This document shows, one piece after another, positions 1-10,720 of a DNA stretch of 64,000 bases; the first letter of the stretch is position 1; every line of letters begins with the position of its first letter. The notes beneath the pieces are model-generated. The model saw nothing but the letters and a program-made list of their open reading frames with translations. It made no database searches and had not been told where the DNA came from. The stretch is taken from assembly GCA_963726255.1 (NCBI GenBank), contig CAVSBL010000002.1, positions 1,824,001 to 1,888,000 on the forward strand, given 5' to 3'. The stretch is from Candidatus Bathyarchaeota archaeon. GTDB taxonomy: Archaea; Thermoproteota; Bathyarchaeia; 40CM-2-53-6. The position numbers were made by a program, and so were the translations under genes.

Positions 1-1
1 C

Positions 2-676
2 GTGCAATCGTCACGAAGATTCCATTCCGCTCAAGACCACGGCATACGGACATTTGGAACTATTACTTACTCCCTGCCAGTGTTCTTCTTGGGTATGGTC
101 TTGCAGCTCACGCTAGCAGTAGGTCTTCATCTCTTCCCAACGGGCGGCCGTATAGCTATTGGGATGGAGCCGGTGGGCCTCACTATCGGCAGCTTCCGCA
201 TCGCGACTGGACTCTTTACGGTTGACACGTTACTGGAAGGGAACCTAGTGAAATTCGTCAGTGCGCTTCGTTATCTGTTCTTGCCCACCATTAGTCTTGG
301 CTTGGTAATATGCGGGACCTTCATTCGAATGACGAGAAGCAACATGCTTGAGACCCTGAGAATGGATTTCGTTACAGCGGCCAAGGCTCGCGGTCTTCCT
401 AATCGTGTTATAACGTACACCTACGCTCTGAAAAATGCATTCCTGCCAATCCTAACGATGATAGGGCTGCAGTTTGCAGCATTACTCGCTGGAGCGGTTC
501 TGACCGAGACAACCTTCTCATGGCCTGGTTTGGGGAGTTATCTTGTGGGGCGCATCGGTTTCAGAGATTACACTGCCATTCAAGGTGCAGTAGTCTTCTT
601 CGGCTTGCTTGTGACGCTCGTGAGTTTGGTCGTCGACTTGCTCTACGCGTATCTCGACCCTCGAGTGAGGCTTTAA
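2..676 (+). CDS. dppB: Peptide ABC transporter permease (5' truncated by window edge)
   Basis: EAA-type motif FVTAAKARGL, VLTETTFSWPGLG, C-terminal YAYLDPRVRL; first gene of a Dpp/Opp operon. Confidence 0.93.
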   Translation: MQSSRRFHSAQDHGIRTFGTITYSLPVFFLGMVLQLTLAVGLHLFPTGGRIAIGMEPVGLTIGSFRIATGLFTVDTLLEGNLVKFVSALRYLFLPTISLGLVICGTFIRMTRSNMLETLRMDFVTAAKARGLPNRVITYTYALKNAFLPILTMIGLQFAALLAGAVLTETTFSWPGLGSYLVGRIGFRDYTAIQGAVVFFGLLVTLVSLVVDLLYAYLDPRVRL

Positions 677-682
677 GCTGCC

Positions 683-1576
683 TTGAAAAAGCCTGGTCAA
701 CGAGCTAGAAACGTGCTAACCTTGCGCAAGCCGAGGTTAGAGTTTCTTGCCACAGGTGGGGCTAGTGCATGGATGGTGGTGATCGGAGGTATCACAGTCC
801 TGGCTGTGGTCATGATGACAATTTTATCACCGTACATTTCTCCATTTAATCCCAGCGCTATCAACGCAGGGCCACTACTGCAACCACCGAACAGCAGGTT
901 CCTCCTTGGAACTAATCACTTGGGGGAAGACATGTTGAGTCGAGTATTATGGGGCGGATGGGTGATGCTTCAAGTCGCCATTCTGTCGGTGGTCATCTGC
1001 TCAATAATAGGTGTCACAATCGGGTTAGTGGGTGCCTATGCCGGTGGATTTGTGGATAAAATTTCCAGCTTGGTAATGGATAGCATTTACGCCTTTCCGG
1101 GATTGGTGCTTGCCATCGCAATTTCTGCTATGCTTGGCCCAGGGGTGATCAACATGGCACTCGCGATCGCAGTCGTTTATATTCCCTCGTATTTCAGGGT
1201 CGTGAGAAGCCAAGTCCTAACAGTGAAGGAACTAACCTACGTGGAGGCAGCAAGGGCACTTGGGGCCAAGTCTCGAAGGATCCTAACGCGATATATACTT
1301 CCCAACTTGCTTCCCTCTGTAGTTGTCGTTGTCACCCTGAACTTTGCAGATGCCATCCTGACTGCAGCAGGTCTGACCTTCTTGGGACTTGGCGTGCCAG
1401 TATCAACAGCGGATTGGGGGTGGGATCTCACATACGGCCGACAACTCCTGTTTAGTGGGGCTTGGTGGGTTATAGGATTCCCAGGTCTCATGATAGTTGT
1501 GACCGTGTGGGGCTTCACTATTATGGGTGAAGGTTTGAGTGAGTTGCTGAATCCGAAGCTTAGAGAAATAGCGTGA
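683..1576 (+). CDS. dppC: Peptide ABC transporter permease
   Basis: LLGTNHLGEDMLSRVLWG, YVEAARALGA, C-terminal GEGLSELLNPK. Confidence 0.93.
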   Translation: MKKPGQRARNVLTLRKPRLEFLATGGASAWMVVIGGITVLAVVMMTILSPYISPFNPSAINAGPLLQPPNSRFLLGTNHLGEDMLSRVLWGGWVMLQVAILSVVICSIIGVTIGLVGAYAGGFVDKISSLVMDSIYAFPGLVLAIAISAMLGPGVINMALAIAVVYIPSYFRVVRSQVLTVKELTYVEAARALGAKSRRILTRYILPNLLPSVVVVVTLNFADAILTAAGLTFLGLGVPVSTADWGWDLTYGRQLLFSGAWWVIGFPGLMIVVTVWGFTIMGEGLSELLNPKLREIA

Positions 1577-2537
1577 GCAAGATGGTTGAGCCTTTGCTTA
1601 CCGTGCGGGAGCTCAGTGTCGAATATGCAAGCAAGCGAGGACAAGTTAAGGCGGTTACTGACGTAAGTCTATTCCTAGATAAGGGATCAACTCTCGGAAT
1701 TGTTGGAGAATCCGGAAGCGGAAAGTCAACGCTCGGTTTCGCAATTCTTAACCTTGTACCTTCGCCAGGGAGAGTTGTTGCAGGCAATATTATGTTTGAG
1801 CATACTGACATCCTAAAGCAAAATGAGGATGATATGCGTCGCATTCGCGGTGCCGAAATCTCTATGATCTTTCAAGACCCGTTGACCTCATTGAATCCCT
1901 TGCTGAAGATCCGCGATCATTTCACCGAACTATTTCGGGTACATAGCTCTACAAACCATGAGGATTCAATCTCAAGAGCAGGTCAACTGCTGGACGACCT
2001 AGGCATTGCGCCGAACGTTTGAGCGACTATCCTCATCAGTTCAGCGGAGGAATGAGACAAAGGGTTATGATAGGCTTGGCGCTGGCTTTGAATCCGAAGC
2101 TGGTGATCGCCGACGAGCCGACAACCGCTCTCGATGTAATCGTAGAAGCGCAGATACTGGAGCTCATGAAGAAATTGAAAGACGCCTATGGATTAACTCT
2201 CATACTGGTCACTCATAACATAGGCATTGTTGCAGAAATGGCTGACAGGATAGCTGTAATGTATGCCGGACGGATCATTGAGATGGGCCCAACAAACGAT
2301 ATATTTGCCGACCCACTCCACCCATATACGAAGGGTCTCCTAGAGTCAGCGCCGAACATTCTCCATCCCGAAAGATCCATGCGCCCAATACCCGGATCAC
2401 CGCCGGATCTCATTACGCTGCCCACTGGATGCAAGTTTCACCCTCGATGTCCAAGAGTCTTCGAGACCTGTCGGATGTCTGACCCTCTGACGGTCGAATG
2501 CAAACGTCGCCTTGTCGCATGCCATCTGTACACCTAG
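1573..2537 (+). pseudogene. dppD: Peptide ABC transporter ATP-binding protein split by a 1-bp deletion at ~2013 (true lesion or assembly error)
   Basis: ORF 1573-2022 has Walker A GESGSGKS; ORF 2019-2537 has YPHQFSGGMRQR, DEPTTALD and CKFHPRC. Adding one base in gcgccgaacgt restores LGIAPERLSDYP. Confidence 0.85.
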
Positions 2538-2551
2538 GAGCCTGATCTATC

Positions 2552-3538
2552 TTGCCTTTCGTGGAAGTCACTGGGCTACGCAAGTACTTCCCCGTGCAGA
2601 AGGGCTTCCTTGAGAACGCACTATCGAGAAAGCACGAATTTGTTCGAGCGGTCGACGACATTGAGTTCAGTGTTGAAAAAGGGGAGACATTCGGATTAGT
2701 CGGTGAGAGCGGTAGTGGTAAGACTACGACAGGTCGGTTGCTGCTCAGATTAATAGAGGCGACGTCTGGAAAAATAATCATTGATGGCAAGGACATCGTT
2801 AAGGCACACCCGAACGAATTGCGAGATTTTCGACGACAAGCACAGATGATCTTTCAAGATCCCACGGCTGCGCTCAGTCCACGTATGACTGTGGGGGAAG
2901 CGATCAAGGACGCACTGGACATTCACCAAATTGGCCCAAGCAACGCCAGAAAAGAAACAGTTCTGCAGATTTTAGGACGGGTCGGCCTGACTCCCCCGGA
3001 ACTATTCTATGACAAATATCCGCATCAGTTGAGCGGCGGTCAACGTCAGAGGGCAGTGATAGGGAGGACTATGATACTGGAACCGCACCTAATCGTAGCG
3101 GACGAACCCGTCGCGATGGTCGACGTGTCTGTTCGAGCACAGATCCTTGATCTTCTCTCGTCACTCAAGAAAGACTTGGGGCTCACCTACGTTTTCATTA
3201 CACACGATCTTGCCACTGCAAATTACTTCTGCGATCGCATAGCGATAATGTACCTTGGCAGAATAGTTGAAGTCGGTCTACGAGATGAAGTGTTCAATTC
3301 TCCCAAGCACCCGTACGCGGTCGCTCTCATGTCCGCGATACCAGTGCCCGATCCTCAACATAAGCGTCAGCGGATGGTCCCACGAGGAGAGATTCCGAGC
3401 CCCATCAATCCACCGTCAGGATGCCGATTCCATCCGCGCTGCCCGAAGGCCTTTGGTCCCTGTGCGACAAAAGACCCCGCAATGATCGAAATAAATAGGA
3501 CACATCGCGTCGCCTGCCACCTCTTCGACGCGGAATAG
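2552..3538 (+). CDS. dppF: Peptide ABC transporter ATP-binding protein
   Basis: GESGSGKTT, LSGGQRQR, DEPVAMVD, C-terminal CRFHPRC...VACHL. Confidence 0.93.
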   Translation: MPFVEVTGLRKYFPVQKGFLENALSRKHEFVRAVDDIEFSVEKGETFGLVGESGSGKTTTGRLLLRLIEATSGKIIIDGKDIVKAHPNELRDFRRQAQMIFQDPTAALSPRMTVGEAIKDALDIHQIGPSNARKETVLQILGRVGLTPPELFYDKYPHQLSGGQRQRAVIGRTMILEPHLIVADEPVAMVDVSVRAQILDLLSSLKKDLGLTYVFITHDLATANYFCDRIAIMYLGRIVEVGLRDEVFNSPKHPYAVALMSAIPVPDPQHKRQRMVPRGEIPSPINPPSGCRFHPRCPKAFGPCATKDPAMIEINRTHRVACHLFDAE

Positions 3539-3751
3539 CCGCCGCTGGAACCTAACGCTTCATACTTGAAGAACAGTCCGGAAAAATGTCATTAGGCTTC
3601 AGTGCAGCCTCCTGAGTTTAATGGCTGCGTGCAACTATTGGGTTGAAATTCTGGACATCGTGCAGCCATCGTAGTGCTAGTATGTTTTCTCAATACCAAA
3701 TCGTTAAAGCCATGGACCTCTCAGCAGGTCGGCACAAGGAGACGGGAAGTT

Positions 3752-5515
3752 TTGTCATCTAAAGCAATTACACGTGCAAACGCGGCTATCATCATCGTAG
3801 TGGTCCTAGTGGCAATTGCGGCCGGAGCATATATTCTAGGCACGCCTCAACCAACGTCACCTTCAACGACCCAAGCAACTACGGCAGTCCCCGCGTTCAA
3901 GGACACCTTGATCGTGGGAACGACAGACTCGGTTGGTTCAACTATTGACCCGGCTGATGCTTACGACAATCTTGGCTGGACAATCATAATGAATACAGGC
4001 AGTCCGCTGGTTGCGGTCAGGCCAGGATCAATCGGTGGCCCAAGTGATGTTTTGCCAGCACTTGCAACGAGCTGGTCGGTCAGTCCTGACGGGCTCGCTT
4101 ATACGTTCAACCTGAGGCAAGGTGTCAAATTCGATGATGGAAGAGAGTTCAATGCAACCGATGTTGTGTACACCTTTGATCGAAACGTATGGGTACTCGC
4201 CCTTCCGGATGGACCACAAATCTCGATAGGATACAATACAATTATAAAAAGCGTCAACGCCACATCAACATACCAAGTGGTTTTCCACCTCTTCCAGCCC
4301 TTCGCCCCATTCCTTTCGCTGATGGCAACCTCTGGGGGCTCCTATATCGTGAACTACAAGTACGCGCCAATTGACAAGAGAGTTGACTATGTCGATGGGA
4401 ATGTGCGTGCAAGCAGTCCGAATGATCTAGGTCCATACGTCCTGAGCAAATGGGTAAGAATCGCCGGGAAAGACCGCGAACTCGATCTGGACGTAAATCC
4501 GAACTACTGGAACCTGAGTAACGGATACCCAAGGACACCCCACATCATATTCAAAATGTACTCCGACCCAACCGCATTGGCCCTTGCCATTCAAGCAGGA
4601 GAGGTTGACATGGCGTTTAGACAGTTACGCACCACAGATATCAAACAGATGATGTCCAACGACCAACTAAAGATCTGGTCGGGGGTTGGAACTCAGAGCT
4701 GGGTTTTCAATATGTACCTCCAAGAAAAGAAGCCACCACTTGACAACCCAGACATTAGAAGAGCAATTGCCGCGTCGATAGATAGGCCGACCATCGCCAG
4801 CACTGTATTCGGAGGCCTAGTGAGTCCACTCTACAGTGAAATACCTCCAGGGCTGGCGGGGCATATCGATGCTTTCAAGACACTGGGAGACGCCAACTAC
4901 ACATACACTCGAAGTGTGCTCGCGAAGTACGGTTACAACGAGAACAACAAGCTGGTTGTTGAGTTCTGGTACGAATCATCAAGCCATTATCAACAGAGCC
5001 CAGACCTGGCTGCCGTAATCAAGAGTTCCTTGGAAGGGAGCGGTGTCATTCAAGTGAATTTGAAGAGCACTGACTGGCCTACCTTCAGACAGAACTACAA
5101 GAACAGAGTCATGCAACTATACTACATGGGCTGGTTCCCAGACTATGTAGATCCGGACGACTACACCTATCCAATGTACAACTCTGCCGCAAACGGTTGG
5201 TCTGCTACAGATTACAAGAATCCTCAGATGGACGCCCTCACCGATCAGGCAAGGGCCACGACTGACCCTGCAACCAGAGACCAGTTGTACGCACAGATAC
5301 AGATGCTTGGCGTTCAGGATTGCCCCATCATTCCACTGTTTACGTGGTCTCCGGCGGCGGTTACCAAGACAAGTGTTGGAGGCGTTATCATTGACGCCAC
5401 GTCGATCATGAGGTACTGGCTAATCTACGTGGTCGCGTCAGGATCAGCACCTGCTTCGTCGCAGATCCAGAGCTATTGGATGCTAGCGGTGATACTTGGA
5501 CGGTTTAGGGCATAG
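3752..5515 (+). CDS. dppA: Peptide ABC transporter substrate-binding protein (family 5), N-terminal membrane anchor
   Basis: PALATSWSVSPDGLAYTFNLRQGVKFDDG, GWFPDYVDPDDY; likely TTG start at 3752 (ORF open from 3674). Confidence 0.9.
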   Translation: MSSKAITRANAAIIIVVVLVAIAAGAYILGTPQPTSPSTTQATTAVPAFKDTLIVGTTDSVGSTIDPADAYDNLGWTIIMNTGSPLVAVRPGSIGGPSDVLPALATSWSVSPDGLAYTFNLRQGVKFDDGREFNATDVVYTFDRNVWVLALPDGPQISIGYNTIIKSVNATSTYQVVFHLFQPFAPFLSLMATSGGSYIVNYKYAPIDKRVDYVDGNVRASSPNDLGPYVLSKWVRIAGKDRELDLDVNPNYWNLSNGYPRTPHIIFKMYSDPTALALAIQAGEVDMAFRQLRTTDIKQMMSNDQLKIWSGVGTQSWVFNMYLQEKKPPLDNPDIRRAIAASIDRPTIASTVFGGLVSPLYSEIPPGLAGHIDAFKTLGDANYTYTRSVLAKYGYNENNKLVVEFWYESSSHYQQSPDLAAVIKSSLEGSGVIQVNLKSTDWPTFRQNYKNRVMQLYYMGWFPDYVDPDDYTYPMYNSAANGWSATDYKNPQMDALTDQARATTDPATRDQLYAQIQMLGVQDCPIIPLFTWSPAAVTKTSVGGVIIDATSIMRYWLIYVVASGSAPASSQIQSYWMLAVILGRFRA

Positions 5516-5616
5516 GAGTAAGAACTCAAACGCCCTCCCCTTTCTTTCTATTACCTGTGAAAATTACAGGAAAGCTGTTTGCGCAATATCTGTGTAAACT
5601 GAGGAAACCTAATTCC

Positions 5617-7566
5617 TCAAGGGAAGATTCTTTGCTGCCTCAAGTTCTCAATCTCGATTGATTGTATTGAATCAGGCAAGTTGAGTCCGAATATCGTTGA
5701 GTAGAAGTATAGCTCTGCCTCCAGAGCTCGTTTGATGTTTTCTTTGCAGCGGAAACCGTGTTGTTCTTCTTGAAATGGGACGTACGCAAATGGTAATTGT
5801 TTCTCGCGCAGCGCTTTCACCATCAACTCGGCTTGCTCTGGTGGAACAATCTTGTCCTCGAGTCCCTGCAATAGTATCATAGCGCATGAGACGCGATCTG
5901 CGAAGTGGACTGGCGAGCGTTCCCAATATAGCTCGCGCTTCTCGGGGTACGGGCCTAGGAGTTTCCTATTGTAATGCGACTCGAACTTGTGAGTCGTTTT
6001 GTCGAACGCTTCAAGGTCACTTATCCCGTAATAGCTAGCACCCGCCTTGAAGACACTCTTGAACGTGAGGGCACATAGCGTCGTATAGCCTCCGGCACTA
6101 CGCCCACGAATTAGCAGCCTATTACCATCAACCTCGCCACGTCTGACAAGGTACAAGGCACCGTTCACACAATCATCAACGTCCACGAGACCCCATTTTC
6201 CGTACAATCGTTCTCGATAAGCCCGTCCGTAACCCGTGCTGCCCCCGTAGTTCACGTCGAGCAATGCGAAACCTCTACTCGTCCAGTATTGAATGGCTAG
6301 GTCCAAGGTTGTCTGAGTTGAGTTCGTAGGCCCACCGTGAGCGACCACAATCAGAGGGGGCAACTCATTGGGCGGTGCCGCAAAGTCACAATTGTAGGGG
6401 GCGTAAAAGAAAGCGTAAGCCGTATTGCCATCCGACGTTGGAAACTCAATGGGTCGCGGAGTTGACACATATCCAGAATCAATCACGAAATCTTGGGGAG
6501 GGTATACAGGTTTGATCTCTCCCGTCGCAAAGTCTAGTTGAACAATAGCTCGTTCCTTGGTCTGTGAACCCGCCACGAACACCGCACGACCAGGTGCCGC
6601 ACGAACGTAACTTATCTCAGAGTAAGGCTTCCCGACTGTTCGGAGGTCACGACTCGCAGTATCCAATTCTGCCAACTGCCAGTTCCCGTGCAACGAGTAA
6701 GCGCAAACGATTCGCTGTGCCGACTCGAACGCGAATGAAGACAATCCGAACGTCCAATGAGGTCTTCCAAATTCGGCAGTCATATCACACATAGGCTCTA
6801 TTCGTTTCTCGCGCCATCGGTACAGATTCCACCATCCAGTGCGGTCAGAGACGAAGTGCAGCATACCATCGGGTGACCACTCAGGCTGCAAAACGGATTC
6901 TTCAACTCCGCCTGCGACTCGTTCACTCCGACCAAGGGAACCATTGGCTCTCAACTCACCAACCCATAGTTCAGTCCCATCCCACGGCATATTGGGATGG
7001 TTCCACGTTAACCAGGCAAGGTGAGATCCATTGGGGCTAAGGCGAGGAGACGAGTAGAAGTCGTTCCCAGACACAACCACATCGACCCCCTCATGGCCCT
7101 CCGTGTCGATGCTAACTATGGTATTGACGGGTTCGCCCGACGCAACGGTGTGATCCTCTCGAACGCTTATCAGGCGACCTCTCCCTCGATCGATGGCTCC
7201 ATCAGCATATCGCATGGCCGCTTCAGCAGTAATGGGGAGCGGCACAAGGCCGGGCTCCTTCCGGTAGATTTGCTGATTAGCGAAGTTTGAAAAATATACT
7301 GTCCCGTCAGCGACGACAAAGGAGCCTCCCCCATACTCATGCACCAGCGTTCTAGCATTGAAGGGTGCCGATACTACTTCCGTTACCTGCCCATCAGCTT
7401 CCCTGCACATTATGGTGTAGCGTCCTTTTTCCTCTGGACGCAACTCTCTCCAGTACAGGTGAACTCCATCAAGTGTTATTTCCGCAAGCTCCATAGGAGA
7501 AGCTGCTAAATCCGAGGTGATTGGTGATTTCCATGAACCGAACGGCTTCATCATTCGCTCACGCAT
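5617..7566 (-). CDS. S9 family (prolyl oligopeptidase/acylaminoacyl) peptidase
   Basis: HGGP, nucleophile elbow GRSAGG, DKIVPP Asp, EQHGF His; N-terminal beta-propeller region. Confidence 0.92.
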   Translation of the reverse strand: MRERMMKPFGSWKSPITSDLAASPMELAEITLDGVHLYWRELRPEEKGRYTIMCREADGQVTEVVSAPFNARTLVHEYGGGSFVVADGTVYFSNFANQQIYRKEPGLVPLPITAEAAMRYADGAIDRGRGRLISVREDHTVASGEPVNTIVSIDTEGHEGVDVVVSGNDFYSSPRLSPNGSHLAWLTWNHPNMPWDGTELWVGELRANGSLGRSERVAGGVEESVLQPEWSPDGMLHFVSDRTGWWNLYRWREKRIEPMCDMTAEFGRPHWTFGLSSFAFESAQRIVCAYSLHGNWQLAELDTASRDLRTVGKPYSEISYVRAAPGRAVFVAGSQTKERAIVQLDFATGEIKPVYPPQDFVIDSGYVSTPRPIEFPTSDGNTAYAFFYAPYNCDFAAPPNELPPLIVVAHGGPTNSTQTTLDLAIQYWTSRGFALLDVNYGGSTGYGRAYRERLYGKWGLVDVDDCVNGALYLVRRGEVDGNRLLIRGRSAGGYTTLCALTFKSVFKAGASYYGISDLEAFDKTTHKFESHYNRKLLGPYPEKRELYWERSPVHFADRVSCAMILLQGLEDKIVPPEQAELMVKALREKQLPFAYVPFQEEQHGFRCKENIKRALEAELYFYSTIFGLNLPDSIQSIEIENLRQQRIFP

Positions 7567-7879
7567 CGTGAATCAATCGAGGATGATGGCTCCCATAAAA
7601 ATGGCTCCGAGACGTCGCTCCCTAAAACTTTGGTAAATACTGTACTCTTCAACGCAGAATATCAAGAGCCAATTCCAGGATTTGACGGCCAAGACCACAT
7701 CTAGACCTAGACGCTGTCCCTAAGAGGATCGGTTAACCGCTTTCTCGTCACAAGTCAATTTCGTTTTGTGTGTGACCCGCTCAAATTGAATTGACCCTTT
7801 GCGATGATGAAGAAATTTCCGACCACGAAATAGCACAAATACCAATCGGATGTAGTTTGATGGTGGAAAGTGAGCTAGA

Positions 7880-8989
7880 GTGATAGCAAGTTCCGATCGT
7901 ATAAAGGAAATGTTAAACAGCCAGCGATTGGACGCACTAGTTGCCTTCGCCCGAGAGAACGTCTACTACTTAAGCGGCTACCAGACGCTGGACATCAGAG
8001 ACTTTGCATTCGTAATTTTTCCTCTCGATGACGAACCAGTTCTCTTAGTGTCGAAGACGGATGAGTACTACGTGGACGAGGAGTGGAGAAAGAAAGCTCG
8101 CTATTTCGGTAAGTACTACGTCGAAGGCGTTCCTAAGACTGCAGGAGACTTCGAAGATGCTGCAGAGGGTGTGGCCGGCATCCTCGCGCAGTTTGGCCTG
8201 AAACATGTTGGACTTGACGAAAGGGCTTTGAGTATTGATCTCTACGACAGAATCAGAGCTAAAGCGCCGGCGTGCACATTTGAAAAGGGCTCAGATATTT
8301 TCGACGAGTTGAGGATGATAAAGAGCGAGAGAGAAATCAGGCAGATTACAAATTCGTTAAGGGTTACAGAAAGAGCGCTCCTGAGTACTTACGACAAGGT
8401 GCATGAGGGGATGACGGAACTTGATGTTGCAAACGAGCTGAGGATTGCTCTTGCTATTGAGAGAGCGGATTGTTCTTGGGTCGAAATGGGTGGAGCAGCA
8501 GGAGTTCCGACTTACCCGGACCCAAAGCATGCCATCAAGAAAGGCGAAATTCTTCACATCGACGTTGGATCTATCTACGAAGGCTACGCCTGCGACACAT
8601 CTAGAGATGCTGTCATAGGAGAACCTAGCGATCGACAGCGCGAAATCAACGAAACCGTCTCCTGCGCCCTGGACAAGTCGATAGAATCAATACGGCCAGG
8701 TGTAAGAGCTTCAGAGGTTTTTAAAACAGGTCAGGAGACGGTGAAGAAAACTTTTCCGCAATATTGGCGACACCAGATCGGACATGGAACAGGCATCATT
8801 CCTCATGAGCCGCCTCGAATATCGCCTGAAAACGATAGGCCCTTGCGAGCGGGCATGGTTCTCGACATCGAGATACCATACTACATCTATGGGTTCGGCA
8901 CTTTTAACGTGGAAGATACCGTTGTCGTTACTGAACGTGGGCATGAAGTGCTTTCAAAACTCGATAGACACTTATCTATCCTAGGCTAG
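7880..8989 (+). CDS. M24 family Xaa-Pro peptidase
   Basis: Creatinase-N-like domain plus DVGSIYEGYACDTSR, GHGTG..HEPP, EDTVVV metal ligands. Confidence 0.88.
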   Translation: MIASSDRIKEMLNSQRLDALVAFARENVYYLSGYQTLDIRDFAFVIFPLDDEPVLLVSKTDEYYVDEEWRKKARYFGKYYVEGVPKTAGDFEDAAEGVAGILAQFGLKHVGLDERALSIDLYDRIRAKAPACTFEKGSDIFDELRMIKSEREIRQITNSLRVTERALLSTYDKVHEGMTELDVANELRIALAIERADCSWVEMGGAAGVPTYPDPKHAIKKGEILHIDVGSIYEGYACDTSRDAVIGEPSDRQREINETVSCALDKSIESIRPGVRASEVFKTGQETVKKTFPQYWRHQIGHGTGIIPHEPPRISPENDRPLRAGMVLDIEIPYYIYGFGTFNVEDTVVVTERGHEVLSKLDRHLSILG

Positions 8990-9087
8990 CCCTTCCACCG
9001 CTGGCCTTCGAGCCAAAGTTCGCATGATGCTGGGTTAAGACCGAAAAGCTTCCGTTTGTTCGCTGATGTCTGAGCGGCAAATCAGAG

Positions 9088-9867
9088 CTACTTTCGCGTC
9101 ACCTTTCGGATCTCTGCTACCGCCTGCAATGCAGCGGATTGCATAAAGGCTGCTTCTGTCGAATAGGTCAGCATCGTCATTCCTCTGTCCCTCCAGTACA
9201 GCAAGTCTTCCATATTGGGTGTGTGAATGCCTGATGCCACTCCATATTTCTTACATGCTTCGACAACCTTTCCGATGGCATCGATAATCTTCGGATGCCT
9301 GTGTTCTCCTGGGACCCCAAGCGATACTGACAGGTCCTGCGGTCCGATTAAGGCAGCATCAACACCTTTGACCGACACAAGATCTTCAATGTTCTCGATT
9401 GCATTCACTTTTTCGATTTGTGGGATTAGCATTGTATCTTCGTTCTGTTCTTCCATACGGTCCCTAACGGATAGCTTCTCATAATCACCTACGACCGACC
9501 GGATACCGAACCCTCTCTCTCCCAAGGGAGGATATTTCGCAAACCTTACGATGTTCTCAACAGTCTCTCTGGTTTCAACACGTGGAATAAGGAGCCCCTG
9601 CGCTCCGGAATCGAGAGTTCGGGCCACCAAGTGGTACTGTGGATCCGCGATTCGAGCAAGACAAGTAAGACCTACCGCTTTGCCAGTCCTGACGATCTCG
9701 GTGAGACTTTCAAGGCTGTAAGCAGAATGCTCCATGTCAACAAAAATAAAATCAAAGCCTGAAGCTGCCAACAGCCGGGCAACTTCGGGAGTTCTCATCT
9801 CAATTATCATAGTTCCAACGACGGTCTGACCTTCGGCCAAAACTTGCTTGACCCGGTTCTTTTTCAT
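9088..9867 (-). CDS. HpcH/HpaI class II pyruvate aldolase family protein
   Basis: GFDFIFVDMEHS, QIEKVNAIENIEDL, IGPQDLSVSLG. Confidence 0.9.
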   Translation of the reverse strand: MKKNRVKQVLAEGQTVVGTMIIEMRTPEVARLLAASGFDFIFVDMEHSAYSLESLTEIVRTGKAVGLTCLARIADPQYHLVARTLDSGAQGLLIPRVETRETVENIVRFAKYPPLGERGFGIRSVVGDYEKLSVRDRMEEQNEDTMLIPQIEKVNAIENIEDLVSVKGVDAALIGPQDLSVSLGVPGEHRHPKIIDAIGKVVEACKKYGVASGIHTPNMEDLLYWRDRGMTMLTYSTEAAFMQSAALQAVAEIRKVTRK

Positions 9868-9868
9868 T

Positions 9869-10674
9869 TTACATCAACAGCGATCTGAGATAACTCGACG
9901 ACTTACGAAGCATGAATTCTGCGGTGGGCAACGGGAGGCACTCCACTGCGATATAGTCTGCGTAATCTAGGCTCTTCAAGGTATTGATTATTTCGCCGAA
10001 ATGGAGGCTTCCAGTTCCTGGAGCTTTCCTCTGGTTGTCTGCAAAATGCACATGAAAAAGGTAGGGCTTCGCTCTAAGGAGAGCAGCTGTTATACTGTCT
10101 TCCTCCGCGTTCATATGCCATGTGTCAGCGAGGATTCCAACCTGTGCCGACCCTAATTGTCCTAGGAATTTCACCGTTTCACCGACAGTGTTCAAGATGT
10201 TCGTTATTGTCTTGCTCATTGATTCGATTGCCAGACGAACACCATACTCTTCGGCGCTTTTCGCGCATTTTTGCATACATTCGTGGAACCAATCTCTCTG
10301 CTGCGCAGGGTCACCGGTCGACGCGATCTTGCCGCGAACTCTCCCTACAACAACCACTTTCACGTTGAGCTTAGCGGCTAGCTCGATGAATTCTTCCATT
10401 CGAGTCACAGTCTTCTCACGAATAGTTCTATCGGCATCTGTAAAGCTCCATCCTAGAGTGCTGTGTGTAAGGCCAGTGGTTAATGCCGAAATCTCAAGGT
10501 TGTGGGATCTGACGTTTTCTAGCAGCCTCGCATAATCAATTGTCGCTGGTTCAAGGATGTTGAGTTCGATTCCGTCGAAACCAGCGGCGAAACATCTTCA
10601 ATGCAGGATTCCAGTGTGCCGCTCAAACCCAGGTTGCTCTTACCTCCGGGAGTCGCGTACATAGCGATCTTCAT
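9869..10674 (-). pseudogene. Sugar-phosphate isomerase/epimerase (xylose-isomerase-like TIM barrel), frameshift at ~10590
   Basis: ATG at 10674 gives MKIAMYATPG...IEDV; after a 1-base shift reads AAGFDGIELN into ORF 9869-10408 with LAIES, DTWHM, HVHFADN, VECLP motifs. Confidence 0.8.
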
Positions 10675-10720
10675 TTGTTTCACGTTTCTGATCGATTCTT
10701 TATTTCACCACTTTGGTATT

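Noticed and set aside
7768-7778. GTGTGTGACCC as a core-deleted cassette site
   Set aside because: Only 11 bp and lacking the CGCACCA core; could be chance.
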